From the NCBI GenBank assembly GCA_016188425.1, contig JACPHX010000003.1:18606-82605 (forward strand): 64,000 nucleotides of DNA, read 5' to 3'. Positions 1 to 10,673 of this stretch are shown piece after piece (the stretch's first letter is position 1; every line of letters begins with the position of its first letter). The translations under genes and the position numbers were made by a program. The stretch is from Candidatus Uhrbacteria bacterium. GTDB taxonomy: Bacteria; Patescibacteriota; Patescibacteriia; UBA9934; GWF2-40-263. The notes below the pieces were generated by a model, which worked only from the letters and a program-made list of their open reading frames with translations, searched no databases and was not told where the DNA came from.

Positions 1-1645
<1,645 letters not shown>

Positions 1646-1652
1646 GTGTTTG

Positions 1653-1943
1653 TTATTCAATAACCGCCATCACATCCTCCATCTTGATCACGAGGTATTC
1701 CACCCCGTCGATCTTCACTTCATCGGGGGCGTATTTTTTGAAGACGACTTTCTCTCCCACCTTCACGTCCATCGTGCTGCGGGTTCCGTTCTCAAGCACG
1801 CGGCCGGGGCCCGCGGCGATCACTTCTCCACGCTCGGAGCGTTCCTTCTCCACCGTATCGGGAATAATGATGCCCGCAACGGATTTCTCTTCCTTGGGAA
1901 GCGGTTTCACGACCAAATGGTCGGCAATCGGACGAAGCTGCAT
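1653..1943 (-). CDS. groS: Co-chaperonin GroES (10 kDa)
   Basis: 96 aa MQLRPIADHLVVKPLPKEEKSVAGIIIPDTVEKERSERGEVIAAGPG... is a typical GroES; it sits immediately upstream of groEL on the same strand. Confidence 0.9.
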   Translation of the reverse strand: MQLRPIADHLVVKPLPKEEKSVAGIIIPDTVEKERSERGEVIAAGPGRVLENGTRSTMDVKVGEKVVFKKYAPDEVKIDGVEYLVIKMEDVMAVIE

Positions 1944-1969
1944 ACGGGGTCAACGGTTAAGAATCGATT

Positions 1970-1996
1970 TTGGCACTCGGTTTTCTCGAGTGCTAG
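1970..1996. promoter_or_regulatory. CIRCE-like HrcA operator upstream of groES
   Basis: TTGGCACTC-N9-GAGTGCTAG matches the CIRCE consensus TTAGCACTC-N9-GAGTGCTAA. It lies about 27 nt upstream of the groES start on the minus strand. Confidence 0.7.
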
Positions 1997-2072
1997 TGGG
2001 AGCATTCTTGCAATAATAAAACAACGCTGTCAAGACGGCAGTGTTTCTTGCTTTTTCCCAGTTTTTTGCGTC

Positions 2073-3344
2073 TTACCGTTCCTGTTTCGCCATCCTCCAC
2101 CCCATCGCCAGCACAAACCCCGTCAGCATCAGGCCTGGCTCCAAACTCCACAGGTAATGGTCGAACATCCCCAGCACAAACCAAAGCGACATCAGTGAAA
2201 GCGCGAACATGCCGCCGGACCAGGCGCGGTGACCCCAGAGGATATAAACGTAGCGGAAGAGCACCCATCCGAAAACCAACATTCCAATCACTCCAACTTC
2301 CGTCACCAACAAAACGAACGTGTTATGGATCGGCTGGTAGGCCCACGAGGGAGAATCTGGATGCGCCTGCGCGAGAATCAATGTATAGCCGCCCACACCA
2401 ACCCCCGTCCACGGCGCCGCGTACCACACGTCGTCCCACGCCGACCATTGGCCGAGCCGCTCTGCGAGGGAGTTCGCTTCCAGAGGAAGAGAGATGTTCA
2501 CGCGCGACACGATTGGCTTGAAAAAAAGGATGGCGGTGGCCGCCGTGACGCAAAGCAAGAAAACGATGGCGGGGATCGCGGTATGCGGCGGCGTCCTTCG
2601 TTCCCAAAGCATCAACAAAACAAAGACTATGACGCCAACCAAAAGGGCCACCCAGGAGCTACGAGAGAAAGTCAGAATCAACCCGCTGCCCACCGCGAGT
2701 GAACCCACCGCCAAAAATGGATCCTGCCAGGAACGACGATGAAAGAGGGCGATCAATGACAGAAAACCAACCGCCAAAAATCCGCCGAAAATATTCGGGT
2801 GCGGCAAGGGCCCATAGGCACGCAAGAGCCGGAACCCGTCTTCGAGTTGCACCACGGCGTCGCCAGGAACCGCGGCGGCATGTGAGGCGAGCCCAAACAG
2901 AGAGGAGGCCGGGCTTTCTCCCATAAGCAACTGCCACCACCCAAGGAGCACCGCCGGGATAAGGCCGCTCACAAAAGATTTGAGTAGGTGTGGCGAACGG
3001 ATCCTCGCATCAAGCAACAGCACGATGAAACCGGAGGCAAAGAGCAGATGCCCCCAGGAGGCGACCGTCAGCGTGGGGTCTGCAGAGCGGATCAGGCCAA
3101 GGCCAGGGAGAAGAAGCAATAACCATGGGTGAAAAAAACGACGGGTTGGTTCTTGGTTCGTAGGGCGTCCCGCGAGCATGCGAAGGCCCAGAGCGAGCAT
3201 GATCAGTATCTCGACGGCATAGAGGCTCAATTGCCCATATTCCCACCCCTCCCCGCTTGGGAGCGTCCGCCTTTCAAAAATCCATCGGGTCTGCCAGGGC
3301 AACAAAAAAACGGCGAGCAGGGTGGCCCATCGGAACAATCGCAC
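2073..3344 (-). CDS. Polytopic integral membrane protein, possibly O-antigen ligase/polymerase-like. Start uncertain.
   Basis: Long ORF with many hydrophobic helices. The first ~90 codons of the 516-aa track ORF are Arg-rich and overlap the neighbouring gene. An alternative GTG at 3344 or TTG at 3338 precedes the first TM helix (LFRWATLLAVFLLPW). Confidence 0.45.
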   Translation of the reverse strand: MRLFRWATLLAVFLLPWQTRWIFERRTLPSGEGWEYGQLSLYAVEILIMLALGLRMLAGRPTNQEPTRRFFHPWLLLLLPGLGLIRSADPTLTVASWGHLLFASGFIVLLLDARIRSPHLLKSFVSGLIPAVLLGWWQLLMGESPASSLFGLASHAAAVPGDAVVQLEDGFRLLRAYGPLPHPNIFGGFLAVGFLSLIALFHRRSWQDPFLAVGSLAVGSGLILTFSRSSWVALLVGVIVFVLLMLWERRTPPHTAIPAIVFLLCVTAATAILFFKPIVSRVNISLPLEANSLAERLGQWSAWDDVWYAAPWTGVGVGGYTLILAQAHPDSPSWAYQPIHNTFVLLVTEVGVIGMLVFGWVLFRYVYILWGHRAWSGGMFALSLMSLWFVLGMFDHYLWSLEPGLMLTGFVLAMGWRMAKQER

Positions 3345-3346
3345 TC

Positions 3347-4252
3347 TTATGGTGTCGCCTCCAATTTCTGGCACAGGACAAAAAATCGCCGGGCGAAATC
3401 CGCCCGCGCATCGGTCTCGTGTAATTTTATCATGCTTTCGTTCACGACCACGCGAGTGTCGATGTTCTGGAGGGATCGGACGGCGGAAGGAAACCGTTTC
3501 TGCTGGAACCAACGGGCGAGCCCCTCCATCCATCCTGGAAACCACAAAGACCATCCGGCGCGACGATCGAGCACAGGACGGATTGCCTTCCCAAAGGCGT
3601 TGGGGAATGAACGTGCGGCCCACTGGTTGGCCTCATGGAAGGATGAAAAAACGGCTTCCCTTTCAAGAACGGGAACAAGCGACCGGATCCAAAACGGCAA
3701 ATACGGTTCCGAGGGAACAAAACGTAAATTGGCCAAACCAAGGGACGTGTCGGACGTAAAAAAACTGAAACAAAAAGGATGCTCCTTTCCGGTGCCGGGG
3801 CGCAGACGAAGCAAGGCGAACGGTGTGACCAAGAGCAGCCGGGTGAGCCATACCGCTCCGCGGCGGACGATGACAAAAATATCTATGTCGCTTTTCTCTC
3901 CCGCGGAAAAATATGAGAGCGTGTTGGCGGCGGCCACCCCCTTCACCCAAGGGATATGGCGTGCCAGACAGCAGACCCAGGAAAGACGATGCCATTTCTT
4001 CATGGAAGAGAGGAAGCGTGCGTGCCGACGAGTCAGCAGATCAGATGCCCCATTGAGCGTGACAAAACCATGTGTCCATTCCGTTTTCTCGATAACAAAT
4101 GGAGAGGATCGGAGACACTCGCCTACTTGCAAAAGCGTGACATATGAAGGAGGAGCATGCAGCCACTTCCATACCTCAAACGTCGTGGCCGGGTATTCGA
4201 GGACAGAAAACCAGGCCAAAGTCCGCAGGATGCTTTTTTCAAGCGCGGACGG
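3347..4252 (-). CDS. Hypothetical protein with a possible degenerate Pol-beta-type nucleotidyltransferase motif
   Basis: ORF 3347-4411 trimmed to the internal Met (MPSALEKSILRTLAWFSVLEYP) to avoid overlapping yidC. The motif SYFSAGEKSDIDIFVIV resembles the GS...DxD of minimal NTases. This is weak. Confidence 0.4.
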   Translation of the reverse strand, partial: PSALEKSILRTLAWFSVLEYPATTFEVWKWLHAPPSYVTLLQVGECLRSSPFVIEKTEWTHGFVTLNGASDLLTRRHARFLSSMKKWHRLSWVCCLARHIPWVKGVAAANTLSYFSAGEKSDIDIFVIVRRGAVWLTRLLLVTPFALLRLRPGTGKEHPFCFSFFTSDTSLGLANLRFVPSEPYLPFWIRSLVPVLEREAVFSSFHEANQWAARSFPNAFGKAIRPVLDRRAGWSLWFPGWMEGLARWFQQKRFPSAVRSLQNIDTRVVVNESMIKLHETDARADFARRFFVLCQKLEATP

Positions 4253-4259
4253 CATAAAA

Positions 4260-5036
4260 TCAAGGCGCAGGAGGCGCAAGGGGCACAGACGGCGCAGGAG
4301 GAGGAACGGGAGAGGCATCCTTTTTATGGCGGAAGGCAACCATTTGTTGGAAGATGGAAATGGCATTGGTGGCGACCCAGTAGAGCGCCACGCCTCCCGG
4401 GAGCGTAGCACCCAAGACGGCGGTCATAAGCGGCAGCGCGTAGGTCATGGATTTGTTCATGGCGGCCATCATGTCCTCGTCCTTGGCTCCCTCTTTCTTG
4501 CGCAAAGCCGGAGGCGGGCGGCGGGCCATGAGCATGCGGGTCTGAAAATACTGCAGAACACCAGCAACCGCCGCCAACCAGATGTTCTTTTGCGTCAGGT
4601 CAATGAGGCCGAAAAAATGCGAGTTGATGTCCCCTGGGTTTTGGATGAATGGATAGAGCGTGTTGAGATTTCCCGGATTCAAGCCTGAGAGTAAAACATG
4701 ATAAAGCGCGATCAAGATGGGCAATTGGACCAGGATCGGCAAACAGGAAGACAAAGGATTCACTTTTTCTTTCGAGTACAGTTCCATCATGGCTTTGGCG
4801 AGCGCGTCCTTGTTCGCCCCATGTTCCGATTTAAGCGCATCGAGCTTGGGCTGCAAATCCTGGAGCCTCCGCTGCGATTTGAGCGAGGAATGGGAGAGTG
4901 GCCACAAGACAAGCTTAATGAGAATGGTAAGCGCGATGATCGCGAGCCCCATATCATGCCATGGCAGCACGTTATAGATTTCGATCAAAAGATTAAAGAG
5001 CGGACGCGTGAGTATCTCGTTGAAAAATGAGCCCAT
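4260..5036 (-). CDS. yidC: Membrane protein insertase YidC/Oxa1 family (short form)
   Basis: LAIIALTILIKLVLWPL...LQPKLDALKSEHG...ELYSKEKVNPLSSCLPILVQLPILIALY is the classic YidC core. It has a C-terminal Pro-rich tail. Confidence 0.85.
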   Translation of the reverse strand: MGSFFNEILTRPLFNLLIEIYNVLPWHDMGLAIIALTILIKLVLWPLSHSSLKSQRRLQDLQPKLDALKSEHGANKDALAKAMMELYSKEKVNPLSSCLPILVQLPILIALYHVLLSGLNPGNLNTLYPFIQNPGDINSHFFGLIDLTQKNIWLAAVAGVLQYFQTRMLMARRPPPALRKKEGAKDEDMMAAMNKSMTYALPLMTAVLGATLPGGVALYWVATNAISIFQQMVAFRHKKDASPVPPPAPSVPLAPPAP

Positions 5037-5044
5037 AGGTGAAA

Positions 5045-6349
5045 CTATTCGGTTGGTTCAGGAGCAAATTCCGACGCCGCCGGCTGTCCCTCTTCTTCTG
5101 TCCCCTCTCTTGTTTTATCCTCCCCCTGCGCCCCTTGGACCTCCTGCGCCTCCTCCTGTGCCACCCCCTCTGCTTCCACCGGTTTGGACTCGATGATGTT
5201 GATCTTCCACCCCGTCAGTTTCGCCGCGAGACGCACGTTCTGCCCGCCTTTGCCGATCGCCAAGGAAAGTTGTTCCTTTGGAACAATGACCGTGGCTGCG
5301 CGCGTCGCTTCATCTAGCTCGACCCGCTCAATTTTTGCAGGAGAAAGGGAGTTCGTGATGAACGCCACTTGGTTCTCGTTCCATTCGATAATATCGATCT
5401 TTTCTCCAGAGAGCTCATGGATGATGGTTTGGATACGCGTGCCGCGCTGGCCGATGCAGGCGCCAATCGGATCGATCTGTTCATCGTCGGTCCAGACGGC
5501 GATTTTGGAACGTGACCCGGCTTCGCGCGCGAGTTCCTTTATTTTGACGACGCCTTCCCCTATTTCCGGAATCTCGACTTCAAACAACTTCCGTACTAAC
5601 CCTTCCGCGGTACGCGAAAGTAAAATCTCTGGTCCGCGATTGGTAAGCCCCACCTGGCGGACAAACACCTTGAGACGCGCACCGGGAAGATATTTCTCGG
5701 AAGGGACTTGGTCTTCTGGCCGCATGACGCCGGCCGTGCGGCCAATATCGACAAGGACGATTCGGCCCTCGCGGCGCTGGACTGTGCCATGGATCAGCTC
5801 GCCTTCGTGGTCTTTATACTCGTTGAAAATAATCTCGCGTTCCGCCTCGCGCAATTTCTGCGTGATCACCTGCTTGGCCGTCATGGCAGCCATGCGTCCG
5901 AACTCGCCCGGCACCGGCATTTCCATGCGCAAAATGTCGCCAACCTTCGCCTCGCCATCCACCGACCGTGCCTCTTTGAGCATGATGTCGGTCTTCTGGT
6001 TGAACGTGGGCAAATCGTCGTCTGCCATCGTCCAAGAGGAAATATCCTCCCCTTTCGCGCGCGCCTGTTCCATCTGTTGCGTAAAGGCAAGCGCCCGCTG
6101 TGCCCGCGTGGCCTCTGCTTCCTCCAGGACCTTCGGATCAATATTCGCCACGACGGTTTTTACATCAAAGACGCGGACGCGACCGCTCGACGGATCAAAC
6201 TTCGCTTCGATGTTCTGCATCTTGTCGCCAAAATCCTTGCGATATGCGGCGGCGAGCGCGGCTTCGATCGCATCAATGACAGACTCGTAGGCAAGGCCCT
6301 TTTCGTCGCAAATCTGTCGAATGGCTTGTTCAATGGGAGACGTAGACAT
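5045..6349 (-). CDS. nusA: Transcription termination/antitermination factor NusA
   Basis: NusA N-terminal domain, S1 and KH domains are recognisable (e.g. GACIGQRGTRIQTI, LAIGKGGQNVRLAAKLTGWKINI) and the C-terminus is acidic. I chose the start at Met12 (MSTSPIEQAIRQI); Met8 at 6361 is also possible. Confidence 0.85.
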   Translation of the reverse strand: MSTSPIEQAIRQICDEKGLAYESVIDAIEAALAAAYRKDFGDKMQNIEAKFDPSSGRVRVFDVKTVVANIDPKVLEEAEATRAQRALAFTQQMEQARAKGEDISSWTMADDDLPTFNQKTDIMLKEARSVDGEAKVGDILRMEMPVPGEFGRMAAMTAKQVITQKLREAEREIIFNEYKDHEGELIHGTVQRREGRIVLVDIGRTAGVMRPEDQVPSEKYLPGARLKVFVRQVGLTNRGPEILLSRTAEGLVRKLFEVEIPEIGEGVVKIKELAREAGSRSKIAVWTDDEQIDPIGACIGQRGTRIQTIIHELSGEKIDIIEWNENQVAFITNSLSPAKIERVELDEATRAATVIVPKEQLSLAIGKGGQNVRLAAKLTGWKINIIESKPVEAEGVAQEEAQEVQGAQGEDKTREGTEEEGQPAASEFAPEPTE

Positions 6350-6446
6350 AGGGAGAAACATTACAAAACACGAAATAGACAAACGGGCAAAAAAGTACCT
6401 TTCGAAAAAATGAACTCGTCCGGTCGACGAGTTCTACCTGCATAAG

Positions 6447-6818
6447 TTACCAAGCGTCGACGCCGGCGTCAAGAGAAGAAATGTGGGTAATGATCTCCTT
6501 GGGAGGTACCCCTTCGACGAGCACGGCCTCCAGGCGGAATGCGCGGTCAGGCATATGGTGTTCGCGCAGGTACGCGTAGCCCGCTTTGAGGAGACGAAGA
6601 ACTTTCTGCCTTGTGATCGTCTCTTCCGGGTAGCCAAAACGCGTCGATTTCCGACGCGTTTTCACTTCGACAAATACAAGCTCGGTTCCTTCTTCACAAA
6701 CCAAATCGATTTCTCCCAACTGCGTGCGGTATTGCCGACAGACGACACGGTACCCGCGCGTAGCGAGCCACTCTGCCGCTCGCGCTTCGCCTGCGTCTCC
6801 CACTTCCTTGCGGTTCAT
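6447..6818 (-). CDS. YraN/UPF0102 family endonuclease
   Basis: 123 aa with GEIDLV...LVFVEVKTRR, typical of the YraN family. Confidence 0.75.
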   Translation of the reverse strand: MNRKEVGDAGEARAAEWLATRGYRVVCRQYRTQLGEIDLVCEEGTELVFVEVKTRRKSTRFGYPEETITRQKVLRLLKAGYAYLREHHMPDRAFRLEAVLVEGVPPKEIITHISSLDAGVDAW

Positions 6819-6821
6819 AGC

Positions 6822-7226
6822 TTATTCTCCCTTCGCCTGCGGAAGATATTTTTCCCGCTCGCGTCGCTCCAACACCTCGCGCGACACACCGGATGCGCGC
6901 GTACGAAAAATGACCACCAACCAAATCAATCCCCAAAGCCCGTAGATCGGATACCAGAAACGGGCACCCAGCAGACGAATCTGCTCGAAACTGAAGAAGA
7001 ACAGAATAAGACCAACAAACCCAAGCGTGAGACACCAGTTGGCAAAGTGCCTCCAACGAAAGGCGTTCTCACGTTTCGGTGAGTGGTGATTCCAAATAGT
7101 CAGACCAATTCCCGCGCTACACAAAGCCGCAAACACCACCAACACCACCCACCCGAGAAAGCCGGCAAGGTTGGGAGGATTCAAGGTGAGCCAGTAGTTC
7201 CACGAAAACAAAGCGGAGAAATCCAT
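6822..7226 (-). CDS. Hypothetical membrane protein
   Basis: Several hydrophobic helices. Start trimmed to an internal Met (MDFSALFSW) to avoid overlapping the methyltransferase. Confidence 0.4.
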   Translation of the reverse strand: MDFSALFSWNYWLTLNPPNLAGFLGWVVLVVFAALCSAGIGLTIWNHHSPKRENAFRWRHFANWCLTLGFVGLILFFFSFEQIRLLGARFWYPIYGLWGLIWLVVIFRTRASGVSREVLERREREKYLPQAKGE

Positions 7227-7260
7227 AGGGTTACGATAGTACAAAACCCGCGTCTGGCCG

Positions 7261-7812
7261 TCAAAAAACTCTCTCGAATAGAAAGGCCTCATGGTACCGA
7301 CCCGCCGGCAACACTCCAACCAATTCAAATCCCCTATCCCCCAAACCTTCCAAGCCCTTCCTGGCCCTTTCCAGTCCTTGCATCATCATTGCCCTCCCCC
7401 GTGGATTCCACTCCACGACAAGGAGCTTCCCCCTTGCCCCAAGAAGACGGCGCCATTCGGAAAACGCCTGCTGGGGCTGCGACAAGCCGTCCATAATATG
7501 TACGACGCTGATGACATCCGCCGTTCCATCGGCGATAGGCACCCCGCCGAGGCGCTCGGCATCGCCACGGACGACCCGGACATTCGATTGATTCCTCCGA
7601 CAAATTTCCCGATGCAAATGTTCAAGCGGACGCAAATCCACCTCAACCCCGCAGCACCATCCTTCCTCCCCGCAGAGGTGCGCCGCAGGGAACAAAAAAT
7701 GCCCCGTCCCTCCGCAGCCCAAATCCACATAACGGGAACCAAGCCCCACCCCTGCCATGCGCAGAAGCGGATACGGATCAAGATTGGCGCGTCCTCGGGT
7801 CAAGGCAAACAT
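7261..7812 (-). CDS. Class I SAM-dependent methyltransferase
   Basis: Motif I VDLGCGGTGHF, followed by an acidic motif II region. Confidence 0.7.
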   Translation of the reverse strand: MFALTRGRANLDPYPLLRMAGVGLGSRYVDLGCGGTGHFLFPAAHLCGEEGWCCGVEVDLRPLEHLHREICRRNQSNVRVVRGDAERLGGVPIADGTADVISVVHIMDGLSQPQQAFSEWRRLLGARGKLLVVEWNPRGRAMMMQGLERARKGLEGLGDRGFELVGVLPAGRYHEAFLFERVF

Positions 7813-7813
7813 A

Positions 7814-8092
7814 TCAGGGAGTTCGCTTGTTTGAAGGCAAAAAGAAATTGCCGACCGCCTCGATGAAACCGCCGATTAAATTGGTGTAAAACGCGAAGCC
7901 GAAAAAGATGAGAACAATGCCGACGAGTCTCAAAAACGGGTAGGTTCCCCCGGATCCCATCTTGTCTTCTGCCCAGCTGATGGGCCCCGTCCACGTAATC
8001 ATGGCTCCTGTCTTCACAACCAAAAGGACGCCGATGGCGACAAATATCGAACCGGCAATAAGACGGAACGGAAGGGAAACAACGACAGGCAT
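7814..8092 (-). CDS. Small hypothetical membrane protein
   Basis: 92 aa, two predicted TM helices. Tightly packed against the methyltransferase: its stop at 7814 abuts the MTase start at 7812. Confidence 0.45.
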   Translation of the reverse strand: MPVVVSLPFRLIAGSIFVAIGVLLVVKTGAMITWTGPISWAEDKMGSGGTYPFLRLVGIVLIFFGFAFYTNLIGGFIEAVGNFFLPSNKRTP

Positions 8093-8200
8093 AGGAGAGA
8101 GAAATGGATTCCTGCATAGTATATCCTAAAACGCATCCAGACCGACAATCGGCTTGCCTTTGCCTCATGGATGAGTTACTCTCATCCCACAAATGAGTCC

Positions 8201-8286
8201 GCGGACGTGGCGAAATGGTAGACGCACTAGCTTGAGGGGCTAGCGGGAGCAATCCCATGAGAGTTCGAGTCTCTCCGTCCGCACCA
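8201..8286 (+). tRNA. tRNA-Leu (anticodon GAG), with CCA encoded
   Basis: Cloverleaf read by hand: acceptor GCGGACG/CGTCCGC, D arm TGGCGAAATGGTAGACGC, anticodon stem CTAGC/GCTAG with loop TTGAGGG, long variable arm, T loop TTCGAGT, discriminator A then CCA. Confidence 0.8.
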
Positions 8287-8613
8287 CAAGAGACGCTGCG
8301 ATTTTTTGGCTAAGATGTCGAAGGACTTCTTGGCCGAAATGAGCAGCGTTTTTTGTTGAAGTTCAAGGTTTGAGAACACCGTTTCGGCGATTGAACGTCG
8401 AACGTGTCCGTCGCCTTCCTCGAAGCGAGAAGCTGCGGTTTTCCCAAAGGTAATAGCTTCGAGAAGAGGTTTGAGAAGAACGGACTTGTCGTGCATCCGC
8501 TCTTGTTTCTGATGGAGCTCGGTGCGTTCGAGCACGAGTTTTTCGCGGTCAGCCTTGAGCTCGTCGGCCGTGATCGCTCCGTCGGCACACAGGTCGCGCA
8601 GCCGCGTGATCCT
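8227..8613 (-). pseudogene. C-terminal remnant of a large serine recombinase (integrase). It overlaps the tRNA-Leu 3' end and is truncated by IS256.
   Basis: ADGAITADELKADREKL...VFSNLELQQKTLLISAKK aligns with the C-terminus of the intact 547-aa recombinase at 14037-15680 (LDGYFTSDEGLSRKNEL...LSSNRELKGQTLLIQA). The N-terminal catalytic part is missing; the reading frame runs into the IS. Confidence 0.5.
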
Positions 8614-9988
8614 GGGTCTGTACAATATTCTGTGTAAATGGCATTTAGATGGATAGCTAACCAATCCTCTATGTCAGACCAATCTATGTCTTCCATGCCA
8701 TCCGTCCCAGCTGTTTCCTCTCGTCCTCCCCGCCGCGTGAGTGCGGAAGAATTCGATGCCCGCATGAAAGGAATCAAGTCCGTGGAAGACGCCCATGCCT
8801 TCATCCGGGAAATGATGGGTTCCACTCTGCAAACCGTGCTTGAAGCGGAACTCACGGATCATCTGGGATACGACAAGCATGACAATGAAGGAGACGGGTC
8901 TGGAAACAGCCGAAATGGGTATTCGGAAAAAACCGTGGAGACGTCTTTGGGAAAGACGGTGCTTGCCGTTCCCCGGGATCGGGAAGGGATGTTCGAGCCC
9001 AGGATCATCCCCAAACACGGACGCAAGACTACCAATGAATTGGAGGACAAGATCATTGCCATGTATGCCCAGGGGATGACCACAAGGGATATCCATGCCC
9101 ACATGCAGGACATTTACGGAGTCGATGTTTCTGCCACCATGGTCAGTACCATCACCGACAAGCTGGAACCCCAGATCCGAGAATGGAGGGAGAGGCCGCT
9201 GGAAACGATGTACCCCATCGTATACCTGGATGGCATCCGGTTTAAGGTGAGGGACAATGGCAAAATGATGAACAAATGCGCGTATTCCGTTCTTGCCTTG
9301 AATATCGAGGGAAAGAAGGAAGTCTTGGGCCTCTGGGTCGCTCAAAGCGAAGGAGCCAAGTTCTGGATGGAGGTATTGAATGAGCTCAAAAACAGAGGAG
9401 TGGAGGATATCCTCATCTGTTGTGTGGATGGTCTCACGGGATTCAACGAAGCCATCGAAGCCGTGTTTCCACAGACAAATATCCAACGCTGCATCGTCCA
9501 TCTCATACGCTCTTCCCTGAAGTTCATCCCCCACAAGCTCAAGGACAAATTCTGCCATGATCTGAAACAGATCTATACGGCTCCCACGGAGGAAGCGGGA
9601 CTGCAGGCGCTCATGGATATGAAGGAGGCATGGAAGGACCACCCTGCTGCGCTGCAGGCATGGGAACAATTCTGGCCGGATCTCTCCACCTTTTTCATCT
9701 TTTCCCAGCCGGTCAGGCGTATCATCTATACGACAAACGCCGTGGAATCCCTCCATCGTCAATTACGCAAAATCACAAAAACAACCTCGACGTTTCCCCA
9801 CGATGAGGATCTCATCAAACTGCTGTACCTGGGGGTCTGGAATATTTCAAAACGCTGGACGGCTCCCATCACGAGGTGGAGCGAAATCCTGGCCCAGCTC
9901 ACCATCCAATTTCCAAACAGAATCAATTTCTCCTAACCCATTTCAAAACCTATCCACAGGCTATTTACACAAAAGATTTGACACACCC
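8614..9988 (+). mobile_element. IS256-family insertion sequence, about 1.37 kb
   Basis: A single Mutator-type transposase ORF. Imperfect terminal IRs with the IS256-like core TGTGTAAAT lie 17 nt from each end: 8614-8639 GGGTCTGTACAATATTCTGTGTAAAT and the reverse complement of 9963-9988. I saw no clear 8-bp target duplication. Confidence 0.8.
8638..9936 (+). CDS. IS256-family (Mutator-like) transposase
   Basis: 432 aa with typical IS256 Tnp blocks: YPIVYLDGIRFKVR, CCVDGLTGF, IQRCIVHLIRSSLKF, YTTNAVESLHRQLRK. Confidence 0.9.
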   Translation: MAFRWIANQSSMSDQSMSSMPSVPAVSSRPPRRVSAEEFDARMKGIKSVEDAHAFIREMMGSTLQTVLEAELTDHLGYDKHDNEGDGSGNSRNGYSEKTVETSLGKTVLAVPRDREGMFEPRIIPKHGRKTTNELEDKIIAMYAQGMTTRDIHAHMQDIYGVDVSATMVSTITDKLEPQIREWRERPLETMYPIVYLDGIRFKVRDNGKMMNKCAYSVLALNIEGKKEVLGLWVAQSEGAKFWMEVLNELKNRGVEDILICCVDGLTGFNEAIEAVFPQTNIQRCIVHLIRSSLKFIPHKLKDKFCHDLKQIYTAPTEEAGLQALMDMKEAWKDHPAALQAWEQFWPDLSTFFIFSQPVRRIIYTTNAVESLHRQLRKITKTTSTFPHDEDLIKLLYLGVWNISKRWTAPITRWSEILAQLTIQFPNRINFS

Positions 9989-10009
9989 GTCACAAACGCT
10001 TCAAACCTC

Positions 10010-10588
10010 GTGACCGGGGCTCAAGACGTAGAGCTGACCCATCGCGGGGTCGAGCAAGCTCGCCAGGTCGGGCGCGAGCTCGACCATGAATACCCAACGG
10101 CCTTCGCTTCGGCGCTTCGGCGGTCAAGAGACACGCTCAGACTTGCAATGGAAGCTGGAAGTGTCGTTGTCGGCAAAGTGCGTTGGGATGAGCGGCTCAA
10201 CGAACGAGGTCTCGGAAAACTTGAGCTTCAGCCCTCCCGCTTCGAACCTGCGTACGCGGCCGGAGATCTCAAGTACGCGCCCGAGGGTGGAGAGTCGTAC
10301 GAAGCGGTGGCGAGACGCACACTCTCTTTCTTGATCGATCTGACCGATCTGGTGAAAGAGTCTCCGGCGGAGACGATTCTCATATGCGGTCACATGGGAC
10401 CGCTGCGCATCCTTGTTGGGATTCTCGACGACGCGGAAGATCCAGTCGTGGTTCTGGCCCGTTCGTTCCCAAACGCGGAAATGATGCGGCTTCGACTCCA
10501 TCAAGTTTCCATACCGCCTTTCCTCGAGGACCTTGCGCGTGTCGGAAGACAAGCTCCCGTTCGCGCAGTCGCGATCGTGGCAGGTTGA
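10010..10588 (+). CDS. Histidine phosphatase superfamily-like protein, possibly degenerate. Start uncertain; IS256 lies immediately upstream.
   Basis: ELTHRGVEQARQVGREL resembles the PGM/SixA N-terminal motif but is non-canonical (THRG rather than RHG). ILICGHMGPLRIL resembles the C-terminal catalytic His region. The track ORF 9803-10588 starts inside the IS, so the true 5' end is unclear. Confidence 0.4.
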   Translation: MTGAQDVELTHRGVEQARQVGRELDHEYPTAFASALRRSRDTLRLAMEAGSVVVGKVRWDERLNERGLGKLELQPSRFEPAYAAGDLKYAPEGGESYEAVARRTLSFLIDLTDLVKESPAETILICGHMGPLRILVGILDDAEDPVVVLARSFPNAEMMRLRLHQVSIPPFLEDLARVGRQAPVRAVAIVAG

Positions 10589-10673
10589 ATCGGTACCTTT
10601 CTCCCGTTTCACCGCACTCTCCCATAATTGGAAGGCATCGACCGAGCGCTTCATCGCCTTGCGTGACATGCTC

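Noticed and set aside
2073-3623. N-terminal ~93 codons of the 516-aa membrane-protein ORF
   Set aside because: Arg-rich, non-hydrophobic and overlapping the downstream gene by 276 nt. The true start is more likely the GTG/TTG near 3340.
3129-4688. 519-aa plus-strand ORF spanning three minus-strand genes
   Set aside because: Arg- and Gly-rich nonsense translation. It overlaps yidC and neighbours, which have real protein signatures on the other strand.
5184-6445. Plus-strand ORFs 5184-6290 and 5708-6445
   Set aside because: Antisense to nusA. No motifs and skewed composition.
8674-9762. 362-aa minus-strand ORF inside the IS256
   Set aside because: Antisense to the transposase gene, which has unmistakable IS256 Tnp motifs.
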